Positions 37,305-48,870 of a stretch of DNA of 64,000 nucleotides are shown here, in pieces. Source of the DNA: Rhynchopus sp. YZ270_cl-10 (taxonomy: Eukaryota); NCBI GenBank assembly GCA_964035575.1, contig OZ037842.1:1550001-1614000 (forward strand). Direction: 5' to 3'. How positions within the stretch are numbered: position 1 is the stretch's first letter; every line of letters starts with the position of its first letter. Below the pieces are notes generated by a model. That model did no database searches and was not told where the DNA came from. It was given only the letters and a program-made list of their open reading frames with translations. The position numbers were made by a program, and so were the translations under genes.

Positions 37305-38284
37305 TAGGCATATAGTGTGTGTTTGATAACCAACCTAGGGATAATTCTTGCGCAGAATATGGCCCCCAAAATAGTGTGTTTGAAAAATTAATTTATGAGG
37401 AAATCTGTGTGGTTGCGTTGCTCCATATCTAAGGGTTTCTTTAGTTAGAAGCCAGGGTAGCTTTCAAAAAGGCTAACCCCCCCTTTTTTTTGTGGCTCAG
37501 GTGACGTTTCACATAACAACATCTTTTAGGAGTTGTCAGTACTAAACATATTGGAGGCAGCGCTTTGGGGAAAACGGAAAACAAAAATCATGATTTAGTA
37601 ATTGTCTGTTTTGATTCATGTTGCTTTTTTTAAAAAAAAGTAACAGCAATGGCAATGCACACACTTTTCCCCGCCTTTTTGTTACGCCCGGTTTTGAGCG
37701 CACAAAGACCCGATATTTTTTTTTTATGCGAATGAGAAGCAGAACCATATTTCAAGCTGTATTTTTTGCTGTGGGGTAAATAGGTTCAGAAGAAGAGGGT
37801 GTGATAGGAAGAGAAATGCATTTTTTTTGGAACAAAAGTGGAGATGAAGGATATCGACTGCATCCCTCCCAACAGATGATATGTGGTGGGGGAGGGGGCA
37901 ATTGCTCTAAATGACTTCAAGTGACACAAGGTCCTACAAAAACATCTTATTTACCCAACAGGTGAGAGATTGTGTGTGTGAAAAAGCGTATCAAAACAAA
38001 CGCATCAAACAACAAGGTGAGGGAACGGACATTTCTTCAACCGTTTTTTGGTGACCAAGCATTGAAGCTGAGGTTCATCTTGCGAACATTGTTTTTTTTT
38101 TTTTTTGTGCCTCGCAACCCTGTTTGAGGTGCACGAAAACCCCACATTTTACATCATCTCGTCTCAACTTCCCGAACATCGTTTCCTACACTTTTTTCTG
38201 CATGATTGGGGTCCTGGTGCACCGGTCATGTACAAAGGTACACTGTCACGAGAGGGCTTTGTATTTCAAGAAAAATTTCAAGTA

Positions 38285-38503
38285 CCGACCCTCCCCCGTG
38301 AAATTGTCCCCCCCTCCGACCCCCTTGAAATTGTCCCCCCTGGGGGAAAAAGTGAGGGGGGGACAATATCTCGTACTGTAGGGGGGTGGCCGTTTTGGTG
38401 TGAAGAAGGGAGAGCAAAGGTTGTCCCTGCGACTCCCTTGAAATTGTCCGTGGGGCAAAATACCGGTTTTTAGGGGGGGGACAATTTCACGGGGGAGGGT
38501 CGG
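38285..38503. mobile_element. MITE with ~29-bp TIRs (CCGACCCTCCCCCGTGAAATTGTCCCCCC)
   Basis: Reverse complement at ~38475-38503; internal copies of the AAATTGTCC motif; left end preceded by TA. Confidence 0.8.
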
Positions 38504-38734
38504 AAATTTTTTTTATTCAACAGATGATGCTCTATCCATCTCCTTACATCAGTATTTTTGTTTTCCCTTTTTCATAAGGCGGCGAAAAGTACTCTTCTTC
38601 ACCCCCACTCTTTTTTTTCTTTTGTACGTCTTAGTTTCGTTATGTATTGTTTTCCCATTTGTTTCTGTGAACTCTGATGTGAAACCCTGCAAGAAATTTC
38701 GAAAAAAAATATTTCATCTAAAAGGGGGGCCCTT

Positions 38735-38865
38735 TAAAGGGGGGGTCGAACATAACTTTATTATTCGGTAACTTTGAAAATCCAAAATCGTGGCAGGGAG
38801 AAAAAGTTATTCGTAAACTAAGTTATTTGGGGGGGGTAAAGTTATTTGGGACCACCCCCCTTTAG
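38735..38865. mobile_element. Short MITE-like element with imperfect TIRs (TAAAGGGGGG...ATAACTTTA)
   Basis: Inverted AAAGGGGGG/CCCCCCTTT ends with inward ATAACTTT/AAAGTTAT motifs. Confidence 0.55.
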
Positions 38866-38980
38866 AACCTCTCAAGGGATTGGGGCTGTGCTACATTTCT
38901 ACTGTCCGAAAGGCTTCAACCTTGAGAATAAACCTTAGGCAATTGCCCGATACAACAAGAAAGTGGCTCTATTCGGTATA

Positions 38981-39080
38981 TCGTATTCGTACAAATTATC
39001 GACCGTAAAAGTGTTCGACCTTTTCAGGATTTTTCTGGAAGTTCGACCTTTTTTACGGTCAATACTTTGTACGAATACGG
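38981..39080. mobile_element. ~100-bp MITE with 29-bp TIRs (CGTATTCGTACAAA.TAT.GACCGTAAAA)
   Basis: Arms 38982-39010 and 39051-39079 differ at 2 positions. Confidence 0.75.
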
Positions 39081-40234
39081 TGAGTTGCACAGGTGGCGAC
39101 TTCCACTGTTCGTAAACAATGTATCTGCACAAAAGTATTGCCTATTTTGGAATTGTTTGAGCAGTTTTGAGAACTCCTTTTCTTTTTGTTAAGGTGGCTC
39201 CCTGTAAAAGTACCTGCAAAAGGCTTTGATGCATCTTATTTTTAAATCCTTTTTCTTTCCCTATTTTATTCACAACCACTTTTGCTCCCAGTGATGTCAA
39301 ATCCTCCGGGCTCCAAAAAAAAATAGGGGGTCGTTTTCCCCATCCAGAACTGAAAATTTTTTTTAAGGTACACTGTCACGAGAGGGCTTTGTATTTCAAC
39401 TTTACAAAGCGTAGCTTAAAGGAGAAATAGTTTCCTCCGATACGGTCGCCAATCCCCCCCCGATAATTGAGCAATCAACGAAAAAAAACCCCTTACATTT
39501 TACTTACCTATCAGAGTTACTATTTTTCAGTGTCTTCGTCCGCCGAGGCGTTTGCACTTTCAACCTCACTTTTTATTTTGTGTTACGATGCGAGGCTTGT
39601 GCCCCCATGAAAGACCCAGGTTCAGGGTGTTCTTTCAATTTATCTGACCCCACACGCACCAAGCACGATACCCGCTTTCCCCCCCCCCCTCACCCAACAG
39701 AATGCAATACCCCCAGATCCGCTCATCCGCGGATCGTCCTAGGAGGCGTTTTGCACTTCGTCAACTTCACCACCAGAGACATGTGTTCTGCTTCCCCCCG
39801 CACATCAATATTCTTTGGCTTTTTAAGGTGTGCACGAGGGGCACATCCATCTTACAAATTTTCTACTTTTTTTTTTCCATTTTTTCAGCAACACCACATC
39901 CTATCAGAGAAGAGCAGAGCGTTTTTTTTTATTATCTTCAAAAGGGGGGGAGTAAGGGGGAGGGGGCAAATATATATGCGACACACACACACATGAGAGT
40001 TTCGCAGGGGCACGGAAAGCACCCGGAAGAAGGGAAAAATAAAGCGATTTTCTTTCCCCCTACTCCGCCTCCTCCTCCTCTTCCTCCTCCTCCTCCCCCC
40101 TCCTCACCCACAAAAATAACAGGCAAAGGGGTGGTTGGGTGGGTTTTGGCGTTCCCCTTCCTCTCTCTCCCCTCCCGTTTAGGTCCTTCTTCTAGAAAAA
40201 AAAGATGCTCTCCCACAGCGCGCGACGGGGCGCG

Positions 40235-41353
40235 ATGCAGGGTGTGTTCTACAGCACCATTCTGCTGTTTGCAACCGTAGCTGAGGGTGGCGGTGGTGGT
40301 GGGACGGTGTATTTAGCGTGCGATGGATCGGGGACTGGGTCGGGCAGTGGCAGTGGTGGGTGCAAAGAGCTGGTCCTAGATGCAGAGGGTTTCGAATATG
40401 TTGACGCGAAGAAGTGCGAGCTGAGCTACGGGAAATACACTCTGTTTGTATGTAAAACTAAAATCTCTAAAATCTCTAAAAAAAAAACACACACCAATAC
40501 AGACGGTCGACAACATCGACCAATGCCAAGACGCTGTAGGGAACGGTACCGAAGTCGCAAAACGGTCCACCTCCAAGCTGCCGTACGGATGTGGTTACTT
40601 CGACCACCCACTGCTGAACGGCGCTGTGGTGTACTTCAACGACGATGCGACGTCCTCTGTGGAGTGCGACCCAAGCATTGCGATGTGCGTCTGCAGGAAG
40701 GAGCGGCGTTCCGTGGAAATCGGAACAAACTTTTTGTATCTGTTGTGCGCGTTCCTCGGGTTCATCGCGTGTGTTGCCTTCTTTACATGGTTCCAATGTA
40801 TCCGAATCACCAAATACGAACGCGAACGTATCAAACACATCCAACACAAACTCGCAGAACAGATCGGCCCCGGTGGAGCCGCCTCCACGCTCGCCCTTAA
40901 GCCCTTTGGGGACAGCTGTGTGTCACTCACATGGCGGTTTGGCACAACAGAAGGGGACTGTATAGAAGACTATAAAAGGCAACACAGAGAGAAGAACCCT
41001 GGTGTCATTGGTATCGTCACGCAAGGCAAGCCGCAGTGGTATGCAAATATTCAAATATTCAAATGTCTTGGCTTAGGACCATATGACTCTTAAATAGTTT
41101 TGTTATTGATGGGTTATTTTGTTTCTTTTTGGTCAATTTTAACACAAATTGTAAAATGCACAGGGGGACGGTCAAAGACGACGGGAATTCCTACAGTGCA
41201 AAGTCACGTCCGCTGGCACAAAGAGAAAACACTTCGGCAGACATCGAGAACGGGCCGGTATCTGGCGGAGAGGCGGAGGGTCTCAACACGACAACCTCGA
41301 ACAAACCCGGACAGTACGCGCAGTTGGGAGTTGACCCGGAGATGGATGTGTGA
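40235..41353 (+). CDS. Single-pass membrane protein with small Cys-rich ectodomain; exons 40235-40447, 40503-41038, 41164-41353 (alternative ATG at 40205)
   Basis: Signal peptide, 'LPYGCGY...CVC', TM segment. Introns 40448-40502 and 41039-41163 (GTATG...ACAG) join three ORFs in frame. Confidence 0.75.
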
Positions 41354-43762
41354 GGGGACGTGACAAAATTCACATAAATGGGTTGGGTGGTGGGTGGGGG
41401 TACGTTATCCTCATACCCGTAGATGGCTGCTCGAAGCTGGCTATTCGAGCTTAGGCATGGCAACTCGAGGGCGGAAAGATGTAATGTCCCCGCAGGTCCT
41501 GCTGGTGGTGTCTGCTTGACAGCATTTTCCCCCATTTTTCTTTTTCCCTTTTGAATTCAAGATGTGTGCATCTTTCAACGCGAAAGATGAGATACACTGA
41601 GGCCGTCTTTTTACAGATGTTTTGTTTTTTTATGATTGACGCGGTTGTGTTGTCTTTTCTTTGTTACAACCGACGTGCACTTATTAGAGGGCATTTCGTT
41701 GACCCGATTTTAAAAAAAATACAAAAAAAAATAAAATGAAAATTCATCTTTTTCGGGCAACGTCGTGTTCAAAACAGGGCGCGCGCTAACTTTTCGGAAA
41801 TTTCCCGAAAAAATGGATATCGGGTCCAAAAAAATGTACCTACAGGAAGTATGTGAAGGGGGGCAGAAAAATCAGGGTCATGTTACATTTCCGAGAAAAT
41901 CCCGGGCTGTGGTGGGGGATATACGGAAAAATGGACAAAATTTTGGTGACTTAAATTTTCACAAAATATGAACCCATACTCGTAAACAAGGGTCATTTTC
42001 AGGTCTTTCGGACAGCCAGTACACAGTACACAGTACACAGTACCGTGACTTCACCGGCCAACACCGGAAAACACCGGCAAACATGGTCAAAATCAGGTGG
42101 AATATACATAAGTACATCATGGGGGGGTAGGGAACAGGTAGCGCCGCAGGCGCACGGTACCCAACTTTTTTCTTTTTTCTTTCCCCTTTTCTCTGCTTTC
42201 TTTTGATTGCGCGAGCCGATTGCTCTCCACGGTGGGTCACATGTGTGTCCAAAAACTATCTGAAGTGCCCTTACTGTACAACATGGGATTCTCTGATTTT
42301 CTTAAGGAAATCGTGTAATCAAAAAATTTTTGTACCGCGAAAAAACCTCGAAAAAACCGGGTGTGAGGGTGTGGATTTAGCGCGCGCCCTGGTTCAAAAC
42401 ATTGGTCGAAAAAATAAAAATAAACTGCTACTTTGCTGTAGAAGAGTTATACGAATGGTAGGGATTGGGGAGGGGATGGGGCTAGGAAGAAATTGCTATT
42501 TGTCCAGTATGTGGCGTGTATTCAGTATTTTGTTTTGTAACTGATTGTCCCACAAACGATAACGATTGTGAATAAGAGAGACAATCCCACACAAAATCTC
42601 GGCAGGTTATTTTTCAAAGATGAGACTCAGGTTCGTCTTTCAAAACCTGAGCTGAAGTCAAAGATTGGTGTAACGTTGCAGCGGTTGAGTGCCCCGTCAT
42701 ATAACTGATTCGCACTTATGCTGGCAAAGTTAGCTACTCAATGTTCCTTGAAAAGTGAAAAAAAAGGCACCTTTGTGCTCTATACGCAGTGGTGATGGTA
42801 TTGGCTATGAAGTCTGCCACTGTGATCTACACTTTTTTTCTGATAATATTATTTCAAAAAATAGTTACAAAAATATTTGAGGGGGAGGGAAACGAGGATA
42901 GATGTTGGCCATCCTGATTTTTCAGGATGTGTATTTTTTAAACAAGGTTCTCACACATCCTAGTGCAGACCTTATGGAACGTTTGGTACGTGTCAAAAAA
43001 AAGAGGAAAAAAAAACTTCATTTTAGTTGCCTTTGCCCCTTTTGTCTTTGCCCCCCTTTTTTTGAATCATCAGAAGAAAAACATTTTTTTTTTTTATTTT
43101 TTTTTTCTAGATTCGCCACAAGAAAGATGTTTGTCCACCGAAACCACTTTGTGGATGGCACACCCCCGCGTTGGTCGTTTATTTGACGTAATCTCAGCCT
43201 CTTCTTTCCTCCCATTTTACTTAATGATGTGTGCAGGGGAGGTGAGGCACTTTCATCTCTGGTGTTCTTTGTGTCTGCGAGGAGCTATGCATATTTCAAA
43301 CAAAATATTAATGAACAAAAGATGGTCGTGTGTGCACGGAAGGCACAGTCATCCTGTAAGTTTGCTTTTGTACTCAGGTAGCTACGTAGCCTTCAGGGAG
43401 GCAATCGTGTGCTAATACAGAAAGTATCAGTCAAGGCTGTCCTTACAGACGCATGCCAAAGCGGCCGCCACATGGGTGTGGACTTTAGATTGAAGTTTCA
43501 TCATTGTACTAGCCCAGGGAGGGTTCCCGGCTACCGGCGAGGTCTCTTCCAATCCGTTCCCTAGTTTCCTAGGGGGGCCTCCTTGGCTTCACTGGCTAGG
43601 GCTCTGCAGGTCCCTCCACACATGTTGTGTGCCTGCCTTCAGCACCCAGGGTAGCATACCCAGCACCTTTTACCCTCAGGTCAGACCTTCATAGAGTTTC
43701 AGGAGGAGTGCCACAAAAGGGCCCCCGGATGCAATTTAACGTCCAGCCCAGGACGGAAAAAA

Positions 43763-43810
43763 CGGGTTTGCGGGTTTGCGGGTTTGCGGGTTTGCGGGTT
43801 TACGGGTTTG
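43763..43810. repeat. (CGGGTTTG)6 octamer tandem repeat
   Basis: Direct reading; one variant unit. Confidence 0.9.
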
Positions 43811-44874
43811 CTTTTATTTTATGTTTTTTTTGTTTTGTGTGTCTGCATGTGTTGAGCATGCTCGGCAAATGCCTGCGTCACATCCTCATTTTGTTTGTAT
43901 TATTCCCTCCAGTACTGTAGAGAGCTCCAATGGAAAAAAAAGACGAGAAAAAAAATGATAAAAAGGGGAGGGGGTGACACTTCTTACTTCACCTCCCCCT
44001 TCACGCGCGAAACACGCACAAAAAAAAAAAAAATAGCCCGAACTTTTTTTTGATGTGGGGTAGAGTCTCAGAGCCTCACAGGTTCTTCCTAGAGTACCCA
44101 CCGACCAAAGCAAACCGTCTGTGTGTGTCCTAGCCCCTTTCTTGGGTGATATACAGTAGTCGGAGCGAAGTACCCCTTAGTGCACGACGGTGAAGTAAAT
44201 GACTTGACTTGCGATTTTTTTTTAAAATACTTGCACGGTGGAGCCCGCCCAAAAGGGTCCTCCCATTTTGGGCGGGCTCCATCGTGTGGGTTCACAAGAA
44301 AATTCAAGTCATCTACTTCACTGTCGTGGGATGTGATTGTCGATACAACCAAAACCCCCCTGCTTTGAACCCAATGCATCCGGAAAGGGGTGTATTGTGC
44401 CCCATGTAGCGACAAAACACATTTTTTTTTTCTTCCCCATTCTTCTGCTGTTTTTTTTTTGGCGACATGCCTAGCCTACAACACAACGTGCTTCCCCATT
44501 GAGCCTTCTGAGCTCAATCAGCTCGGTGATGTACATTTTTTTTCTTCTTTTTCTCTTTTCTTTTTGCTGCATAGACTTGTTTTCATGGGTGCTTCTTTAT
44601 GCACAACGTTTAGGATGTGTATGCACGTGAGGCATATTCCTCTATTCAACTTTTCTTTTCCCCCCTTCCCATCGTATACAATAACTTACCCCTTATACCC
44701 CGTGTTTTGATGTGAAGCTGCCATTTTAGTAAAGGAACAGCAAAGCTTTTGAATGCAGATAACTTTTTTTTTTCTGTAATTCTGCACCCCGTTCCTTTTT
44801 TGATGAGCGGTGACGTATCTTTTTCAATCGCGGGGGGTTAAGCAGTAAGTAACAGTCTTTTTTTTTTTTTTTTT

Positions 44875-44906
44875 GATGTGCGTGCACGAGAGGCACATTC
44901 ATCTTT
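44875..44906 (+). repeat. Hairpin module family B, reference copy GATGTGCGTGCACGAGAGGCACATTCATCTT
   Basis: Variants at ~18597, 25652, 28410, 30326, 39826, 43226, 44614, 45320, 46688, 47033, 48579, 51133, 59314. Confidence 0.8.
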
Positions 44907-45020
44907 CAACTTTTCTTTTTTTCAAGAATTACTAAACACCAGAGGTTTAGGTTCATCTGATAAAACTTTTTTTTTTTTTGTGCAGCACTCCGGGGGGGTT
45001 CGATAAACCCACGGAGTGTC

Positions 45021-45063
45021 AGTGCCTGCGTCCCAGAGGCGTTTTGCACTATCAACTTCACTT
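45021..45063 (+). repeat. Hairpin module family D, reference copy AGTGCCTGCGTCCCAGAGGCGTTTTGCACTATCAACTTCACTT
   Basis: Variants at ~12672, 19036, 21403, 39529, 46988, 54212, 60161; 3' halves at ~5645, 5882, 39743. Confidence 0.85.
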
Positions 45064-45687
45064 TGTTGTTTTTTTTTAAAGGGTTTTGTGTATACCAGTT
45101 TGTATCTCTAGAAAGAAGGGTTCTTTTGATACCAACCATTGTGTCGTTTTGTACAAATAAAAAACAATGTGCAAACGAACGCCTTCGGTTATTCGTTGGC
45201 CAATAGGAACCCGAAAAAGGTGTGCAAATAATGTTTTTTTTTTTTGCAAATACAAAATCGGTTCCCATCTCCCTCTCTCCCTTCTCGTACTTTCGTCTTT
45301 CCATTCTTCATTTTATTAAGATATATGTGTCATGTGAAGGCCCATTCATCTTCAAACGTTTCTGTACTCGGGATCTGGTAAGATCTGTTTCTGACCCCGT
45401 TTCCCGCAATCTCCACAGGCGAGTTCCCGCCGATGTGGGGCAGAAAAATAACCCACAAAACTTTCAGTTTTTTTGTTGCGTAGCCTTTGGGGATGTGGAC
45501 GGCGACTTGCGATGCACAGCGAATATGCCCCACCTCCCCGTTTTTTTTTTTTTTTTTTGAACGAAACATTTCAACAGTACTTTAAAAAAAAAAGAAGGTG
45601 CTATCAGTTCTTCCCTCCTTCCCTCTCCAACCCTGTTTCAAAGCCAAAGCAGAGTTTTACTTTATCGAACACAACACCTAACATAAA

Positions 45688-46647
45688 ATGCTGCGTGTGT
45701 TTGCTGCTCTCGGATGTGTGATGTTGGTTCAGGGGTCTGGCTTCTGTCTCGACAAGACGGACTGTTCGGCGAGTGAGGCGTGTGTGGTGGAGCCAAGCAC
45801 CTGCACAGACTCTGGCCCCGCGCTTCACTTCTTCGATGTGTGCACACACAGGCCGAACTGCTGTGGTGCCTCGTTGAGGTGTGTGCACTACTTCGTCAAC
45901 TCGTACTGCCTCCCATTCGGCACGTGTGCCGAAACCCCTGCACCGACCCCTGCATGCACACCGTACACAATCCACAAGGACAGGAGATGCCACTTCACTG
46001 AGTGCTACAACCCAGACACGTGTTCGTGTGAGCTTGACCAAGGCACCACATGCACCGAGAACCCCTGCGACAGCCCTCTTGCCTGCACAAGTGGCTTCAC
46101 CTGCATGCCTGTGCAGTGCAACGGGTGCCACTTCCAATGTGTCGAGGCGCCTCCAGCACCCGTCCCCGCCCCTGTGCCGACGATGGGGCCGTGTGAGAGC
46201 GACCTGGACTGCGGACTTGGGTGGTGGTGCAGGAGCACGAAGGGAACGGACCCGGTGACAGGGCTTGCGACGTGCCTTCTGGAGGAGAAGGTGTGCACGA
46301 AGAAGCAGGACGAGGGGGCGTCGTGCGGTGGCTTCACCGTTGAGTGTGAGAGACATGCGTGCTTGGAGGGACTTGAGTGTGCCTGCTCGGAGCCCACATG
46401 CGACGCACCTGGTGTGTGCACACCACGTGAGTGCACAGCTGCGACACCTGCCCAGACGTGTGAGACAGGATGCTGGAACCCTGCCCTGTGTGAGTGTGGG
46501 AACTTCCCCCCTCTTCCCTGCGCCAGGTTCATGTGTGACGGCGTTGACTGCGGTGAGGGGAAGCACTGTGTTGAGCAGGTGACATGTGGGGTGTGCAGGA
46601 CGATCTGTGTCGATGGTGCAAGCCCACCGACACCCCCGCTTATCTGA
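45688..46647 (+). CDS. Secreted cysteine-rich protein, copy 1
   Basis: 319 aa, signal peptide, very Cys-rich, PAP linkers, no TM. Confidence 0.85.
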   Translation: MLRVFAALGCVMLVQGSGFCLDKTDCSASEACVVEPSTCTDSGPALHFFDVCTHRPNCCGASLRCVHYFVNSYCLPFGTCAETPAPTPACTPYTIHKDRRCHFTECYNPDTCSCELDQGTTCTENPCDSPLACTSGFTCMPVQCNGCHFQCVEAPPAPVPAPVPTMGPCESDLDCGLGWWCRSTKGTDPVTGLATCLLEEKVCTKKQDEGASCGGFTVECERHACLEGLECACSEPTCDAPGVCTPRECTAATPAQTCETGCWNPALCECGNFPPLPCARFMCDGVDCGEGKHCVEQVTCGVCRTICVDGASPPTPPLI

Positions 46648-47347
46648 GTTGCCCCCCTGTCCTGCCCTTCCCTGCCCCCCCTTTTTAGATGTGCACGAGA
46701 GACACATTCATCTTACAAGTTTTCTTTGGATGTGTTATCATGAAGCCTGCCTGTCGATGCTGCGACACCCAAAAAATGGCGGCCAGTGGCCAACCTGAGA
46801 CGGGCTGTCTGCAGGCATTGTGTTTGCAAACCCTGATTATCACACTTGCATCTTCTCTTTCTTGCGGATGTGATGCGTTCGGGGAAAGCAAACTTAGGCT
46901 GCATTATCTGCTCCACCCTTTATGAATGATGCTTCTATGAAAGATGTATGTGTGTGTGTATGTGTGTGTGTATGTGTGTGTGTGTATGTGCCTGCGTCCC
47001 AGAGGCGTTTGCATTATCATTCTTCTTTTTGCAGATGTCCACATCCGTGAGGACAGTGCATCTTGCTGATTTTCCTTTGATGCATTGTTTTGCTGTGCCA
47101 CACCAATGGCTGAAACAATGATTCTTTGTGATGCCCTTTTTATATCCCATCCTACGAAGCATATCGTTTGTGTGTTAACACTGAATCGCTAAAGTAGTCA
47201 AACAAACCACAGACACCCCCACCTACCCTTGGCCACTTCCTCATGCCCTTCACCTTCACCCCCACCCTTACACCGTGTGCACATGCACCGCACATACCGC
47301 AACACGTAACAGAATTTTCTGAAAACACAAGACCACTCTCCTTCACC

Positions 47348-48307
47348 ATGCTGCGTGTGTTTGCTGCTCTCGGATGTGTGATGTTGGTTCAGGGGTCTGG
47401 CTTCTGTCTCGACAAAACGGACTGTTCGGCGAGTGAGGCGTGTGTGGTGGAGCCAAGCACCTGCACAGACTCTGGCCCCGCGCTTCACTTCTTCGATGTG
47501 TGCACACACAGGCCGAACTGCTGTGGTGCCTCGTTGAGGTGTGTGCACTACTTCGTCAACTCGTACTGCCTCCCATTCGGCACGTGTGCCGAAACCCCTG
47601 CACCGACCCCCGCATGCACACCGTACACAATCCACAAGGACAGGAGGTGCCACTTCACTGAGTGCTACAACCCAGACACGTGCTCGTGTGAGCTTGACCA
47701 AGGCACCACATGCACCGAGAACCCCTGCGACAGCCCTCTTGCCTGCACAAGCGGCTTCACCTGCATGCCTGTGCAGTGCAACGGGTGCCACTTCCAATGT
47801 GTCGAGGCGCCTCCAGCACCCGTCCCCGCCCCTGTGCCGACGATGGGGCCGTGTGAGAGCGACCTGGACTGCGGACTTGGGTGGTGGTGCAGGAGCACGA
47901 AGGGAACGGACCCGGTGACAGGGCTTGCGACGTGCCTTCTGGAGGAGAAGGTGTGCACGAAGAAGCAGGACGAGGGGGCGTCGTGTGGTGGCTTCACCGT
48001 TGAGTGTGAGAGACATGCGTGCTTGGAAGGACTTGAGTGTGCCTGCTCGGAGCCCACATGCGACGCTCCTGGTGTGTGCACACCACGTGAGTGCACAGCT
48101 GCGACACCTGCCCAGACGTGTGAGACAGGATGCTGGAACCCTGCCCTGTGTGAGTGTGGGAACTTCCCCCCTCTTCCCTGCGCCAGGTTCATGTGTGACG
48201 GCGTTGACTGCGGTGAGGGGAAGCACTGTGTTGAGCAGGTGACATGTGGGGTGTGCAGGACGATCTGTGTCGATGGTGCAAGCCCACCGACACCCCCGCT
48301 TATCTAA
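47348..48307 (+). CDS. Secreted cysteine-rich protein, copy 2 (identical protein)
   Basis: Same 960-nt CDS as copy 1, with only synonymous differences. Confidence 0.85.
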   Translation: MLRVFAALGCVMLVQGSGFCLDKTDCSASEACVVEPSTCTDSGPALHFFDVCTHRPNCCGASLRCVHYFVNSYCLPFGTCAETPAPTPACTPYTIHKDRRCHFTECYNPDTCSCELDQGTTCTENPCDSPLACTSGFTCMPVQCNGCHFQCVEAPPAPVPAPVPTMGPCESDLDCGLGWWCRSTKGTDPVTGLATCLLEEKVCTKKQDEGASCGGFTVECERHACLEGLECACSEPTCDAPGVCTPRECTAATPAQTCETGCWNPALCECGNFPPLPCARFMCDGVDCGEGKHCVEQVTCGVCRTICVDGASPPTPPLI

Positions 48308-48870
48308 GACCCTTTTCCCAACTACTTGCCACCTCCCTGTGGGTTGTGGCAAGTATCCACGAAGCCTACCTGATGTGGCACCCAAAAAATGGCGACCTCA
48401 TAAGGCCAACCTGAGACGGGTGTCCTGTGTTTGCAATACCTGATTATCACACCCGTATATTTTTTGTGCAGATGTGATGTGTTCCGGGAACGCAATGCCA
48501 GGTAATATCCCGCTTCACCTTTTCCATTGATAAATGTGTCCGTGAGGATAATTCATCTTTTTTCTTTTCTTTTTTGCAGATGTCCATACCCGTGAGGCCA
48601 GGACATCTTTGCTGACGTCTTATTTTGTTCCTTTTCTTTTTTGTAATACCGCTGTGTCACCCCACACCGATTATTCCAATACAAACCACACGACCCATCC
48701 AACCGGATGTGTCTCGCCATTTTTCTTTTTCATCAACTCATAAATACTGCCCTCTCTCTCCTCACCCCCTCCCCCATTGCCATCTTCCCCCATCACCCCT
48801 CTCCCCTTCCCCTCCTCTACCAGCACCAGGAAGACTCCCCATCCCCTTCCCGTTCTCTCACCCCTTTCCT

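Noticed and set aside
43510..43720. GC-rich CTAG-containing patch as a structured ncRNA
   Set aside because: Only a weak CTAGCCCAG/CTGGCTAG pairing, with no second copy or known motif.
45357..45370. GTTTCTGTACT resembling the spliced-leader exon
   Set aside because: Only ~11 nt; no full SL exon or GTATG donor follows.
45604..48385. Long minus-strand ORFs over the Cys-rich twins, and similar shadows over other genes
   Set aside because: Antisense shadows; differences between the twins are synonymous in the + frame.
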